DNA from: a virus
Strand: one strand, 5' to 3'
IMG/VR virus record: IMGVR_UViG_3300009008_000024
Location: 1-64,000 of that record
Length of the DNA stretch: 64,000 nt
The position numbers were made by a program, and so were the translations under genes. The notes under the pieces are model-generated. The model was not told where the DNA came from and did not search any database. It saw only the letters and a list, made by a program, of their open reading frames with translations. Below are positions 28,157 to 37,176 of this stretch, piece by piece (within the stretch, counting starts at the first letter, position 1; the number at the start of each line of letters is the position of its first letter).

Positions 28157-31132
28157 GTGGCGGATAAGAAACCAAAGGGTCGCGATAAGCCTTCTGTTGG
28201 AAGTCCCAAGAAGAGGACAAAGCCTAGGCGCCGCCTAAACAGGCGCGGACTGACTGCGGAACAATACTACCAAGCAGAACTGAAAGTCTTCACAGAGAAG
28301 AGAGATCAGAAACTGAGCGATGCCGAAATAAATCTCGCACAAGGACTGATTGGTCAAGACGAACATGACAATGAAGTATATAATGCTAATATCGAATTTG
28401 AAAATAAGGTAAACGGCGCCAAGGGCAGGCGAGGCATGCCGTCTAAGAAACCTAAGACTGTTGCCGAAAAGAAAGAAGGGACCGTAACGGATGAAGATGA
28501 AAGCTGGCGAGATATGCTTGAGAAGCAGACTGACCAGAACTATATATCGCTAAATTTGTTGGCATTTTCTGACTTAGATGGCAGACCACTTCCATCTAGA
28601 CTCAAAAATATCCTGCTAGTCTCTAACTATAAAGGGAATTTATTAAATAAACTTACATCCAGTTCGAGATTACAACCCCTAATGAATGCAACGCCCTTTG
28701 AACTAAGTCAACTCACCCCTTACTTTCGAATCTTTAAGAAAAATAGCGTAGGGGGTGTAGAAGAGTTTGAGTTCATGGATCACCTCAAGTGGAGTTACAA
28801 GGTGGGAGAGGAGGAGCGGATCCTAAATAGTTCAATGGGTCAGGGAGTAGGGTTCAAGTCTTTTGATTGGGAGACGACTGGCACCAACTTGTTTAGCGCA
28901 CCACGAACTCTCATGGCAACTCTGAACCTACACTTTCAATCCATAAGCGAGTTAGCTAGGAGCGCGAGAATAGACGAAGACGGCACCGTCAACTGGAAAG
29001 ACTTGATAGTCCCAAACATAGAGAGTAACTCTATACCGCGCGGATGTCCCACGGGACACCCCGAGGTGGATGACCTGCTGGTCAAGAATTTGGGATACGA
29101 GCAGATCAAAAAGTGGGAACAAGATCCAAAGACAAGACCAGCAACTGACCGTAAATTTGCCCTAATGGTAGAAGTGGGGTGGAAATACGGACTAAACAGC
29201 ACCCTCTCTCCCGAGTTCAAGACGGCAGTAAACCAGAGTCGTATAAATTTAGATCTGACCTTAGTTAACCATAAGTTTTCTTTTCGCGATACGGGTCAAA
29301 TTGATCTGCAAATTAGTTACGTTGCGCGCCTAGAAAATATTATGAATGATTATAGTGCAAATCTCTTCAATTTAGATGCAGATGGTCAAAACAATCAAAT
29401 ACAAAAAGAACTTTTAGAACTGAAAGAACAGATCAAAGCAATGCAAAGTTCTATTGATAGTCCATACGGTGCATTTAGTTGTGCCGAGAATGCGAATTTA
29501 TCTACGCCGCAACAAAATAATCTAGACAAGGCAGCGACAGAACTCCAGGAGAAGATAGATAAACTTGCGGAAGAGTCTGAGCAGTTAGCGAGAAGACTGA
29601 AGGTCTCTATGTATGGCAAATTTACGCAGCACTTGGTGAAAACCAACCAACTGTTATATGTGGATGTGCCTGAGCAGTTATATGCCTATGGCACGCTACC
29701 TCTCAAAGGGACTGGGAAGGTAAGTTGCAGGACTCTTGGTCACACTGAGGGAACTATACCGGGAATTAATCTCGCCACCGCAGCACCCGATGTGGTTGCT
29801 GGAATTAGTACGAGAGACAAGGATGCCGAAGAGGATAAGGTAGATTCCACGAAGATTCTCTCAAGCATTAATCCTGGATTTGGGACTAGTGTCGCCAAGG
29901 AAGAGGGGAATAAGAGAGTGCCATTTTTCTATCTAGGTACCTTGATAGATTTCTATGCCGGCACGCTCCCACTGCATGACGCAAACGAGGTTGATAGGTT
30001 TGAGATAGTTTTAGGAGACATGGTTTTTCTAGACTATAAATCGATTGGGGAAAACAGGGAGGATAACGTCTCCCTCGACAGCGACGAGGACGACTCAAGT
30101 CTTAGTGACGAACAGAGATCTGCCAAGGCAAAAGAGAATAATCGGATAGCAGACTTGGCAAGGCGAAGAGTCATTTCAAATGCAAGTTACAGGGTCCGCC
30201 GCAATTTGGCTTATATACCCATATCTTTTGAGGCATACACACAGTGGTTCACTGACGAGGTTATCAACAACGACGCTAGCGTTTTTACTTTCAAGAATTT
30301 TGTCCGTTCACTTACGACCAAGTTGTTGGTTGGCGCTCTCCAGTCTGCATCCGGCGGACAGATCAGTAAAGATCTACAGCGCGCTCTCAAGGAGAGAACA
30401 CAGGTGAAGGCAGGAGTGGTGGGCGGATTCAACAGGCACATAAAACCAAAAGTCATGAATGTGGAAAGGGTAGATCCCCGCAATGGGGAGAGCACATTTC
30501 TAATCAGTCCGACCCCCATAGTGCCCGAACTCGTAGGTTCTGAGGATGATAATAAGCAATACTTTGTCCTGTATGTCTCGCGCCTGCCTTTTGCGTCTCA
30601 AGAGGTGAACGAGGCAAAGAATGCAGAAGAGGGACTTTATCACCTATACATTGGCGCAGACAAAGGAATTGTCAAAACAATCGATTTGGAGAAGGAGGCG
30701 AACAATAGGATTCGAGATGCCAACATTATGAGAGCATATAATGTGGGAGGGAATGGATTGGGAATTATCCAAGAACCGTACAATGCTAGTGTAAAGGTAT
30801 TCGGGAGTGGGTTTTTTCAGCCCGGACAGTATGTTTATATCAATCCCACTAACATTGGGCTGGGGACTAGTCATGAGAGATATTCTATTGCCCGGGAATT
30901 AGGGATTGGCGGGTTCTATTTAATTACGAAAGTTTCTACAACTGTTAGTGACGGGAAGTTGGAAACTAATTTAAGGTGCATTTTTCAAAACTATGGGTAT
31001 CTTCCAGATCCGCTTCTCGGATCACCCGTTGGGCAAGATCCGGTTGTGGAAATTGGGGACAATACCGCAGCGAATGCAGCAGCAAATGCCGCAGCAAACG
31101 AAGTGTATGTTGATGATATATTGGAGGAGTGA
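28157..31132 (+). CDS. Large baseplate hub protein (gp27/late-control-D-like C-terminus)
   Basis: C-terminal 'V..FG...FQPGQYVYI...GGFYLITKVSTT.....ET.L'; basic N-terminus; synteny. Confidence 0.6.
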   Translation: MADKKPKGRDKPSVGSPKKRTKPRRRLNRRGLTAEQYYQAELKVFTEKRDQKLSDAEINLAQGLIGQDEHDNEVYNANIEFENKVNGAKGRRGMPSKKPKTVAEKKEGTVTDEDESWRDMLEKQTDQNYISLNLLAFSDLDGRPLPSRLKNILLVSNYKGNLLNKLTSSSRLQPLMNATPFELSQLTPYFRIFKKNSVGGVEEFEFMDHLKWSYKVGEEERILNSSMGQGVGFKSFDWETTGTNLFSAPRTLMATLNLHFQSISELARSARIDEDGTVNWKDLIVPNIESNSIPRGCPTGHPEVDDLLVKNLGYEQIKKWEQDPKTRPATDRKFALMVEVGWKYGLNSTLSPEFKTAVNQSRINLDLTLVNHKFSFRDTGQIDLQISYVARLENIMNDYSANLFNLDADGQNNQIQKELLELKEQIKAMQSSIDSPYGAFSCAENANLSTPQQNNLDKAATELQEKIDKLAEESEQLARRLKVSMYGKFTQHLVKTNQLLYVDVPEQLYAYGTLPLKGTGKVSCRTLGHTEGTIPGINLATAAPDVVAGISTRDKDAEEDKVDSTKILSSINPGFGTSVAKEEGNKRVPFFYLGTLIDFYAGTLPLHDANEVDRFEIVLGDMVFLDYKSIGENREDNVSLDSDEDDSSLSDEQRSAKAKENNRIADLARRRVISNASYRVRRNLAYIPISFEAYTQWFTDEVINNDASVFTFKNFVRSLTTKLLVGALQSASGGQISKDLQRALKERTQVKAGVVGGFNRHIKPKVMNVERVDPRNGESTFLISPTPIVPELVGSEDDNKQYFVLYVSRLPFASQEVNEAKNAEEGLYHLYIGADKGIVKTIDLEKEANNRIRDANIMRAYNVGGNGLGIIQEPYNASVKVFGSGFFQPGQYVYINPTNIGLGTSHERYSIARELGIGGFYLITKVSTTVSDGKLETNLRCIFQNYGYLPDPLLGSPVGQDPVVEIGDNTAANAAANAAANEVYVDDILEE

Positions 31133-31146
31133 GGGGGAATGCATAG

Positions 31147-32361
31147 ATGAAGATTACTTTTGCTACCAACGATAGTTTGACGAAGGAACTGTTCCTACAA
31201 AGGCAGGAGTATATCAATCACTATCCCGCCGGCATAAAGGACTATAGGAAAATTGATTTCTGGTACGATGAGATGCTCTTTGGCAGGGTTGATCGGCAGG
31301 GAGATGTGGTATACCCCTCAGAAGCATTCATGAAACAACTGCGATCAGAGGATGAAACTTATTTCGTTCTCAATTTTGTGGCAGATGCATATGAGTCCTT
31401 TCGAAGGGATATGGATTTCCAAGAAACTCAAAAGCACTTTGTTGTTAGAGATGGCACCCCATTCATGGATCGGTTTGAACCAACACGATCTTGGATCAGC
31501 ATCAATACAAATTATGATAGATATGTGCTCGATTATTATAATAGTTTTTTGCTCCCCTTTATGTCCGATCCTTCTCGCGTTGTGGACATAGGTGATTTTG
31601 ATGATTTTGTGATTGCTTTTACTCGCCTAATAGACCGAACTTCGCTAGCAATTCCGTTTACTAAGACAGAATACATTGCCAGCAAATATTCCTCTCCTCT
31701 TGTGAGCGGATTGGTGGTAGAGTTTGCAGAGAAGGATCATGGCGACGATCCCAAGAAGATACTAGAATTTGTAAATGATATTAATTTTGAATTGTACCGC
31801 GAGATTGCCAGTCGAAATGGGTTTGCAGTAGATATGAATGCGCCCTGGCGCCTAATAGCAGATGTTGGATCTAACGCCATGACATCATTTATGAAAAGTT
31901 ACAACATTAATTTAGAGACAGTGTTTCCAGAATATTATTATAAATCTTCGCTCCTAGACATTCCTACCCTGAAGGTTCACGTGCGAAACTTCTACAATTC
32001 TTTTGTAAGGGCGTTCCCCAAGATGCGCACCCAAGAAGTCAGCACTAGGAACGGCAAAAGTATTAGCTTGACAAAGGTCGAGGAACGTGTTATGATGAGG
32101 AGGGATTTTTATGAGTCGAGGTATACCAATTTGTTTTGGATCCGCCTCTATACTTATATCAGGGCAAAAGAGACTAATCGAGACTGGGATCAGTACAAGT
32201 TTGATCACGTAGTGCAGAGGGCAAGTGATTTCTTTGTTTATTCCGGAGAACGGACAGCGCTTAAGTTCATAAACAAGGAAGTAAGGCGCGCCCCCGGAGA
32301 GTATCTTCAGGTTGATGAATACCGCAGGGGAAATTTCAAGTTCAAGAGAAAGAGAGAGTAG
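31147..32361 (+). CDS. Hypothetical protein (end of tail operon)
   Basis: 404-aa ORF with SD; no motif recognised. Confidence 0.6.
   Translation: MKITFATNDSLTKELFLQRQEYINHYPAGIKDYRKIDFWYDEMLFGRVDRQGDVVYPSEAFMKQLRSEDETYFVLNFVADAYESFRRDMDFQETQKHFVVRDGTPFMDRFEPTRSWISINTNYDRYVLDYYNSFLLPFMSDPSRVVDIGDFDDFVIAFTRLIDRTSLAIPFTKTEYIASKYSSPLVSGLVVEFAEKDHGDDPKKILEFVNDINFELYREIASRNGFAVDMNAPWRLIADVGSNAMTSFMKSYNINLETVFPEYYYKSSLLDIPTLKVHVRNFYNSFVRAFPKMRTQEVSTRNGKSISLTKVEERVMMRRDFYESRYTNLFWIRLYTYIRAKETNRDWDQYKFDHVVQRASDFFVYSGERTALKFINKEVRRAPGEYLQVDEYRRGNFKFKRKRE
32068..32096 (+). promoter_or_regulatory. sigma70-type promoter (intragenic) for the mini-PolA operon
   Basis: TTGACA-17-TATGAT with extended TG. 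Confidence 0.7.
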
Positions 32362-32362
32362 A

Positions 32363-33553
32363 GTGAGTAATGTTTTTACTGTTTTAGATTCCAAGAAAGA
32401 ATGCTTGGGGTACTATTATGATGGCGATGTGTGGGAACATAAAACTGGGAATCAATTTATAACATGGGACTATAAACCATCCTTCCACGAGGATGGTTTG
32501 GAGTATATGAAGATATATTCTGATGGAAGATCTTTATCGGATGTCTGTCCTTCCCACCTACAAGAAGAGTGGGATCGCATGCAAGAGAGGAAAGACGCTT
32601 TTCAGAGGGCAGTTGTAACCGCCAAGGTAGATGGAGAAAATGTGTGTGCTTATGACGTTTTTCCGCGATGGTTTTTGAAGGAGTATTCTCAAGTAAAATG
32701 TGAGATTATAGAATGGGTATTTCAAAATACGGAAAAACCACTGAATTATTCTAGGGCATTGGGTCTAGAGAGACTCTTTGCAGAAATAAAGAGCAACCCC
32801 CTGAATGTCGATTTGAGCACTATGAGGCGTAAAACTTCCTCTCTTGCGGCTAGGCAGCAATTGAAGAAGTTGAATTCCACACGCAATTCAGTTGGGTACA
32901 ATCAGTACAGTTCAGTGACTGGGCGCCTCACCTTGGAGAAGGGAAGTTTTCCTATCTTAAACCTGCCAAAGGATTTTCGAAAGATCTTGAAACCTAATGG
33001 TGATTTTTTCGTAGAATTCGATTATAATGCAGCAGAACTGAGGACGATGCTGGCGATCATGGGGATGGATCAACCGGAAGGAGACATTCACGAGTGGAAT
33101 AGTCGCAATGTTTTTGGAGGAGGGTGCACGAGAGAGGAGGCAAAGAAGAGAATTTTTGCATGGTTGTATAATCCAGAATCGAAGGACGATCTTCTGAACG
33201 AAACCTATGATCGAGACAAGGTGCTCTCCCAATACTGGGATGGTACCCGAGTGACGACTCCATTCGGCAGGGAAATAGAGGCGCGCCAACATTATGCTTT
33301 AAACTATATCATTCAAAGCACCACCAGCGATTTGGTTCTAGAGCAGGTGCTCAAAGTGTATGATTTTATTGAGGAATCGTCGTCAAAAATAGTTTTTTTG
33401 ATCCACGACAGTTTTGTGCTTGACATTCCCGCCGACATGCGCTATAATATACCAGAGATCAAAAACATATTCGCATCGAATCGGTTTGGGAATTATAGGG
33501 TTGGAGTAAAGGTCGGAAAAGACTTCGGCACCATGAAGGAAATCAAGTTTTAG
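32363..33553 (+). CDS. Miniature family-A DNA polymerase (palm/fingers, thumb largely missing)
   Basis: VTGRL, motif A DYNAAELR, DIH, motif B REEAKKRIFAWLY, TPFGR, ALNY.IQST, motif C IHDS; GTG start 1 nt after the upstream stop. Confidence 0.85.
   Translation: MSNVFTVLDSKKECLGYYYDGDVWEHKTGNQFITWDYKPSFHEDGLEYMKIYSDGRSLSDVCPSHLQEEWDRMQERKDAFQRAVVTAKVDGENVCAYDVFPRWFLKEYSQVKCEIIEWVFQNTEKPLNYSRALGLERLFAEIKSNPLNVDLSTMRRKTSSLAARQQLKKLNSTRNSVGYNQYSSVTGRLTLEKGSFPILNLPKDFRKILKPNGDFFVEFDYNAAELRTMLAIMGMDQPEGDIHEWNSRNVFGGGCTREEAKKRIFAWLYNPESKDDLLNETYDRDKVLSQYWDGTRVTTPFGREIEARQHYALNYIIQSTTSDLVLEQVLKVYDFIEESSSKIVFLIHDSFVLDIPADMRYNIPEIKNIFASNRFGNYRVGVKVGKDFGTMKEIKF
33420..33448 (+). promoter_or_regulatory. 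sigma70-type promoter (inside polA) for the tubulin gene
   Basis: Perfect TTGACA-17-TATAAT. Confidence 0.8.
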
Positions 33554-33565
33554 TGGAGATTGCAA

Positions 33566-34411
33566 ATGATTAATGTTATTGGATTGGGAAATGCGGGATG
33601 TAAGATCGCCGACTTGCTAGGAGAATATGATCCCTACGCGGTGTATAAGATTGATCCGGGTTTGGAAAAAAAGAAAAATAATTTTTCCATCGCCCGTCGC
33701 GAAAAACCAGAAGATTATGAAAGCAAACTTCCCGCCAGAACGATTAGCGCTCTTAGGAAAATCAAAGGTCCGGTTGTCTTGATTGTCGGGGGAGGCGGAA
33801 AGATATCGTCCGCCACCTTGCGCATACTAGAATGCGTTCAAGAAAATCCTATTGAGGTGATGTACATCAAACCAGATCCTTCGGTGACCAGCGCCGCATC
33901 TATTGGGAGAGACAAGATAACATTTGGAATATTGCAGCAGTATGCCAGATCTGGCGTCTTTGAAAGGATGTATATAGTCGCTAACGCGGACATTGAGAAG
34001 GCGATTGGCAATGTTCCGGTTTCTACCTACTATGAAACCATAAATGCTAGAATAGCATCTACTTTTCATATGTTGAATGTCTACAAAAATACGCCCGCCA
34101 ATTTTTCCAGTTTTTTCGAACCGGATGACATCTCTCGCATCTCTACCATCGGAGTTGGGAGCATGGATAAGGTGGTAGATCAGATGTTTTTTGGGATTGA
34201 TTATGTGGGCGAAAAAAACTATTATTTTGCGATAAACCAGAAACAATTAGAGCAAGATCCATCACTGCTCAACAACATCAAGCGGAGGGTGAAACAAAAA
34301 GATAAAACTATTAGGGTGGGGTTCGGAGTTTATCCCACTCCCTATGAGGAAAACTACATTTATATACTAGCAAGCACAAAAATCATACAAGGAGTAAATT
34401 ATGATGAGTAA
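33566..34411 (+). CDS. Divergent tubulin/FtsZ-family protein (PhuZ-like)
   Basis: NVIGLGNAGCKIA (T1 loop); VGGGGKISSA where GGGTG(S/T)G is expected; YIKP; Y..IN..IA. Confidence 0.7.
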   Translation: MINVIGLGNAGCKIADLLGEYDPYAVYKIDPGLEKKKNNFSIARREKPEDYESKLPARTISALRKIKGPVVLIVGGGGKISSATLRILECVQENPIEVMYIKPDPSVTSAASIGRDKITFGILQQYARSGVFERMYIVANADIEKAIGNVPVSTYYETINARIASTFHMLNVYKNTPANFSSFFEPDDISRISTIGVGSMDKVVDQMFFGIDYVGEKNYYFAINQKQLEQDPSLLNNIKRRVKQKDKTIRVGFGVYPTPYEENYIYILASTKIIQGVNYDE

Positions 34412-34667
34412 AATATATGCAGGAATGTTTATGAAGAAGAACAATGATATGAGGCACATGACTTTTGTAAAATTGTCAGATATGCCAGAGTCTTTTCTAG
34501 CGTCCAAAATTAAAGATGGTAAAAAAGAAAAGAGCATGCCAGAGGGAATGGAATTGGTGTGGGATCTGGACAAGGCAGATTTCCGCGTCTTTAATTATTC
34601 TGCGCAAATAGGCGCCCTACGCGAAATTGATATGACCGACGAAGAGAGAGACAAGTTGTTTGGGTAG
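34401..34667 (+). CDS. Small SH3-barrel/WYL-like protein (DUF2693-like)
   Basis: F.KKN...R.M ... VWDLDK..FR.F pattern. Confidence 0.55.
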   Translation: MMSKIYAGMFMKKNNDMRHMTFVKLSDMPESFLASKIKDGKKEKSMPEGMELVWDLDKADFRVFNYSAQIGALREIDMTDEERDKLFG

Positions 34668-34674
34668 GCGCCCT

Positions 34675-34724
34675 TAAGTGCTCCCGCGAACTATTTATAA
34701 TAGATCAAAGGAGCACACCACTTA
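34675..34724 (+). promoter_or_regulatory. RBS-sequestering hairpin with a late-promoter motif in its loop
   Basis: GTGCTCC (34678-84) pairs with GGAGCAC (34710-16); TAAGTG (34675-80) can pair with CACTTA (34719-24); AACTATTTAT at 34689-98. Confidence 0.65.
34689..34698 (+). promoter_or_regulatory. Putative late promoter (L,D-transpeptidase island)
   Basis: AACTATTTAT. Confidence 0.7.
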
Positions 34725-34762
34725 TGAAAAAAGTTAAAGGGAATGTAAGGGGGTTGGAATAG
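34724..34762 (+). CDS. 12-codon leader ORF MKKVKGNVRGLE, coupled to the next gene
   Basis: AAGGAG SD at 34708-13; TAG overlaps the GTG start at 34762. Confidence 0.35.
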   Translation: MKKVKGNVRGLE

Positions 34763-36420
34763 TGAGTGAGATGAAAATCTTATTAGAGAATTTTAAAAAA
34801 TATCTCCATGAAGAAGAGAGGGAAGAGTTGCAAGAAGGCATTCTTCGAGATTTGTTCAATAAACTTCCGGTGGGAAAGATATTTAAACGTATTTCCAATA
34901 ATGCGCGCCGCGAATGGGGAGGTCACTCTTCCTGGGAGATGGAAGATGCGCATAGGCACATGCTCGCCGCCGCTTACTTCACCGATGAATTTGGGAAATT
35001 GACCGCCACCAGCTTGGGCACTGGTCATGAGATAAAAGGAGTCCTTAAAAAACTTTTACAGGGGCAATTCGGTGGATCCGGATGGAAAATGGATCACGCG
35101 AATAATGAGTTGGGCATGGCGATTGCTCAACAATATCCCGATAAATCTCTTGCCCACTATAATAAGATAGTCTTTAACAAAATTAAGGATGGCGACTTTT
35201 ATCTGGAAGATGGTCGCACTAAATATAAGGATGCCCCTCATAAAAGGGGAGACGCCCTCGCCTCCCTACAGAGTATAGAGACAGATCACCCCGACCAAAG
35301 TCGCGCACTTGAAGAAGGTGCGTGGGACACCGCAAAGGACACCGTAAAGGATACAGCCAGGAGTTTGAAGAAGCGATGGGACACTGCATTCGCAGACGAC
35401 GCAGATGCTCCCGACACGGCCCCAAAAGACAATGCTCCCGACACGGCCCCAAAAGACAATACGCCCGTCCCCTCCCCCAAGAAAAAGAAGATAAAGAAGA
35501 GAAGGAGGAAGAAATCTCCTTATACTGAGCAAATGACAAAACAATTGACCTATTTGGCGGATAATGCAAAACGTGCGGGAATTAATGAAAATTTTGTAGT
35601 GGTTGATGACGTTAATGGTGGAATGTATGTGTTTGCGCCCGACTTTAAACAACTGGCACGTTTTCCTGTGATCACAGGCGGCGATGCGGGGGAGGTAGAT
35701 GAATTTAATTTTGCCGATTGGTTGCGACAAGAAGATATGCTCCCGACGTTCAAGGACGCTAAAAAGAATATAAAATCCGACGATGAATTTGATCGGGAGA
35801 GGGGGGAATATGTGTATGGGAGACTTTTTGAAGCATTTCTCAAAGCGAGAGCTGAGGCAGGTCATAAGATCACCCCATCTGGCGTTTTTACTATCAGCAA
35901 AATACGGGCAGGCGAAGATATAACAGATACCTATAATTATGGTACCAACATATTTTCGTTGTCTCCGGGAATCGACCCCCAAACTCTCCCCACTGTGCGC
36001 CTCGCTAAATCCCTTGCCGGCAAAGATATACAAGGAGGTAGCACCATAGCGATGCATGGTACTGGTAATCCAGATCGTATAGCGGCTCTCAAAAAGGCGA
36101 ACTCTTATGCAAGAAGAGGAGATTTCGACAAGGCGGCGAAAGCATTAGGACAGACTCCCAGTTATGGATGTATAAATTTAGAGAATCGCAATGCCAAGAA
36201 ACTGGCCAAGTACATGTCTCCCGGGTCACAAGTCTTTATTTTGCCCGAGGACGACACAATCGTAAGGGTGGGTACCTTTAACAGGTTCACACAAGAACTA
36301 GAAAACATTACTATGATGGCAGGAAAATGTTTTGACAAAGTTGTTGATTTCTTTGACAATGATCCGGTAATTCCCAAAGCGGAAATTGAAAAGAAATATA
36401 AGAAACATAGAATTACTTAA
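34762..36420 (+). CDS. Multidomain late protein: head-targeting-like leader, DUF6973-like (DAxRH...HE...MD..NN..G) domain, L,D-transpeptidase (YkuD) domain
   Basis: N-terminal ILLENFKKYLHE..LQE; EDAHRH..GHE..MDHANNELG; TPSGVF, IAMHGT, SYGCINL. Confidence 0.75.
   Translation: MSEMKILLENFKKYLHEEEREELQEGILRDLFNKLPVGKIFKRISNNARREWGGHSSWEMEDAHRHMLAAAYFTDEFGKLTATSLGTGHEIKGVLKKLLQGQFGGSGWKMDHANNELGMAIAQQYPDKSLAHYNKIVFNKIKDGDFYLEDGRTKYKDAPHKRGDALASLQSIETDHPDQSRALEEGAWDTAKDTVKDTARSLKKRWDTAFADDADAPDTAPKDNAPDTAPKDNTPVPSPKKKKIKKRRRKKSPYTEQMTKQLTYLADNAKRAGINENFVVVDDVNGGMYVFAPDFKQLARFPVITGGDAGEVDEFNFADWLRQEDMLPTFKDAKKNIKSDDEFDRERGEYVYGRLFEAFLKARAEAGHKITPSGVFTISKIRAGEDITDTYNYGTNIFSLSPGIDPQTLPTVRLAKSLAGKDIQGGSTIAMHGTGNPDRIAALKKANSYARRGDFDKAAKALGQTPSYGCINLENRNAKKLAKYMSPGSQVFILPEDDTIVRVGTFNRFTQELENITMMAGKCFDKVVDFFDNDPVIPKAEIEKKYKKHRIT
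35405..35460 (+). repeat. Perfect 27-bp tandem duplication (APDTAPKDN x2) in an interdomain linker
   Basis: ATGCTCCCGACACGGCCCCAAAAGACA twice. Confidence 0.95.
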
Positions 36421-36466
36421 GAGTAGTCAATTTTTATAATATACCAAATGCAGAAAGTGAGAAAAA

Positions 36467-37075
36467 ATGCTAAAAATTATTTTAGGAGTGGGAATGGTTT
36501 GCGCGGGAACGCTGATCGGGCCCGGAAAAGTTTACGATTTAATGACCAACCAAAAAAGCGTTGCCGACTATACGGCAACATTAAAGATTGTTAAATCCTT
36601 AGAAGATGGCAAACTTTCCCAGTTAGAGAAATCAACATATCGTCGTGATGGGTACACAAAAAAATACAATAGATATAAGAAAATTAGAATAAGATATTTG
36701 GATAGGTATCGTTATGTTGTGGGGAAACATCGATTAAATCACTTTCTGTGTAGGGATAAGCGTGTGAAATATAGTCCCACGACTTATGTAATAATTAACC
36801 CCCAACTTTTAGAAAAAGTGATGTTAATTGATGAGGCGAGTGGTGGTCAATTTTTTATTACATCTGGGCACCGCACTCCCACCTACAACGCTACCCTCCA
36901 CGGTGCCACCAAGAACAGTCGCCACCTAGAAGGGCGAGCAGTTGATCTTATCCCTATTAATATTTCATTAAAAGAATTGGGAAAAATTATAAGAAGTGTA
37001 GAAAAGGCGCGCCCGGATCTTAAAGGGTATATGCATATTTATGAGAAGCATGTCCACACGGATGTCGCCCGTTGA
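36467..37075 (+). CDS. Peptidase M15-family zinc peptidase (cell-wall hydrolase/endolysin candidate) with N-terminal hydrophobic segment
   Basis: ITSGHR...YN....G...SRHL.GRAVD ... HVH.D. Confidence 0.85.
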   Translation: MLKIILGVGMVCAGTLIGPGKVYDLMTNQKSVADYTATLKIVKSLEDGKLSQLEKSTYRRDGYTKKYNRYKKIRIRYLDRYRYVVGKHRLNHFLCRDKRVKYSPTTYVIINPQLLEKVMLIDEASGGQFFITSGHRTPTYNATLHGATKNSRHLEGRAVDLIPINISLKELGKIIRSVEKARPDLKGYMHIYEKHVHTDVAR

Positions 37076-37114
37076 ATTATATGCCCCCCCTCAAAATATT
37101 TCTTAAATAAAGGC

Positions 37115-37143
37115 TTGACAGAGTGATCTGCCTGTGCTATAAT
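37115..37143 (+). promoter_or_regulatory. sigma70-type promoter for ssb/tRNA-Glu/recA
   Basis: TTGACA-17-TATAAT, extended TG, AT-rich UP region. Confidence 0.9.
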
Positions 37144-37176
37144 GGGGGGGTCGCTTAGACAGAAAAGGAGAAAAAA

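Noticed and set aside
19234-31132. Bacterial contractile injection system or tailocin
   Set aside because: Capsid, scaffold, neck and a full replication module show it is a phage
33566-34411. Evidence for a nucleus-forming phage
   Set aside because: Tubulin alone is insufficient; no chimallin-like or multisubunit RNAP genes recognised, and early promoters are host-sigma type
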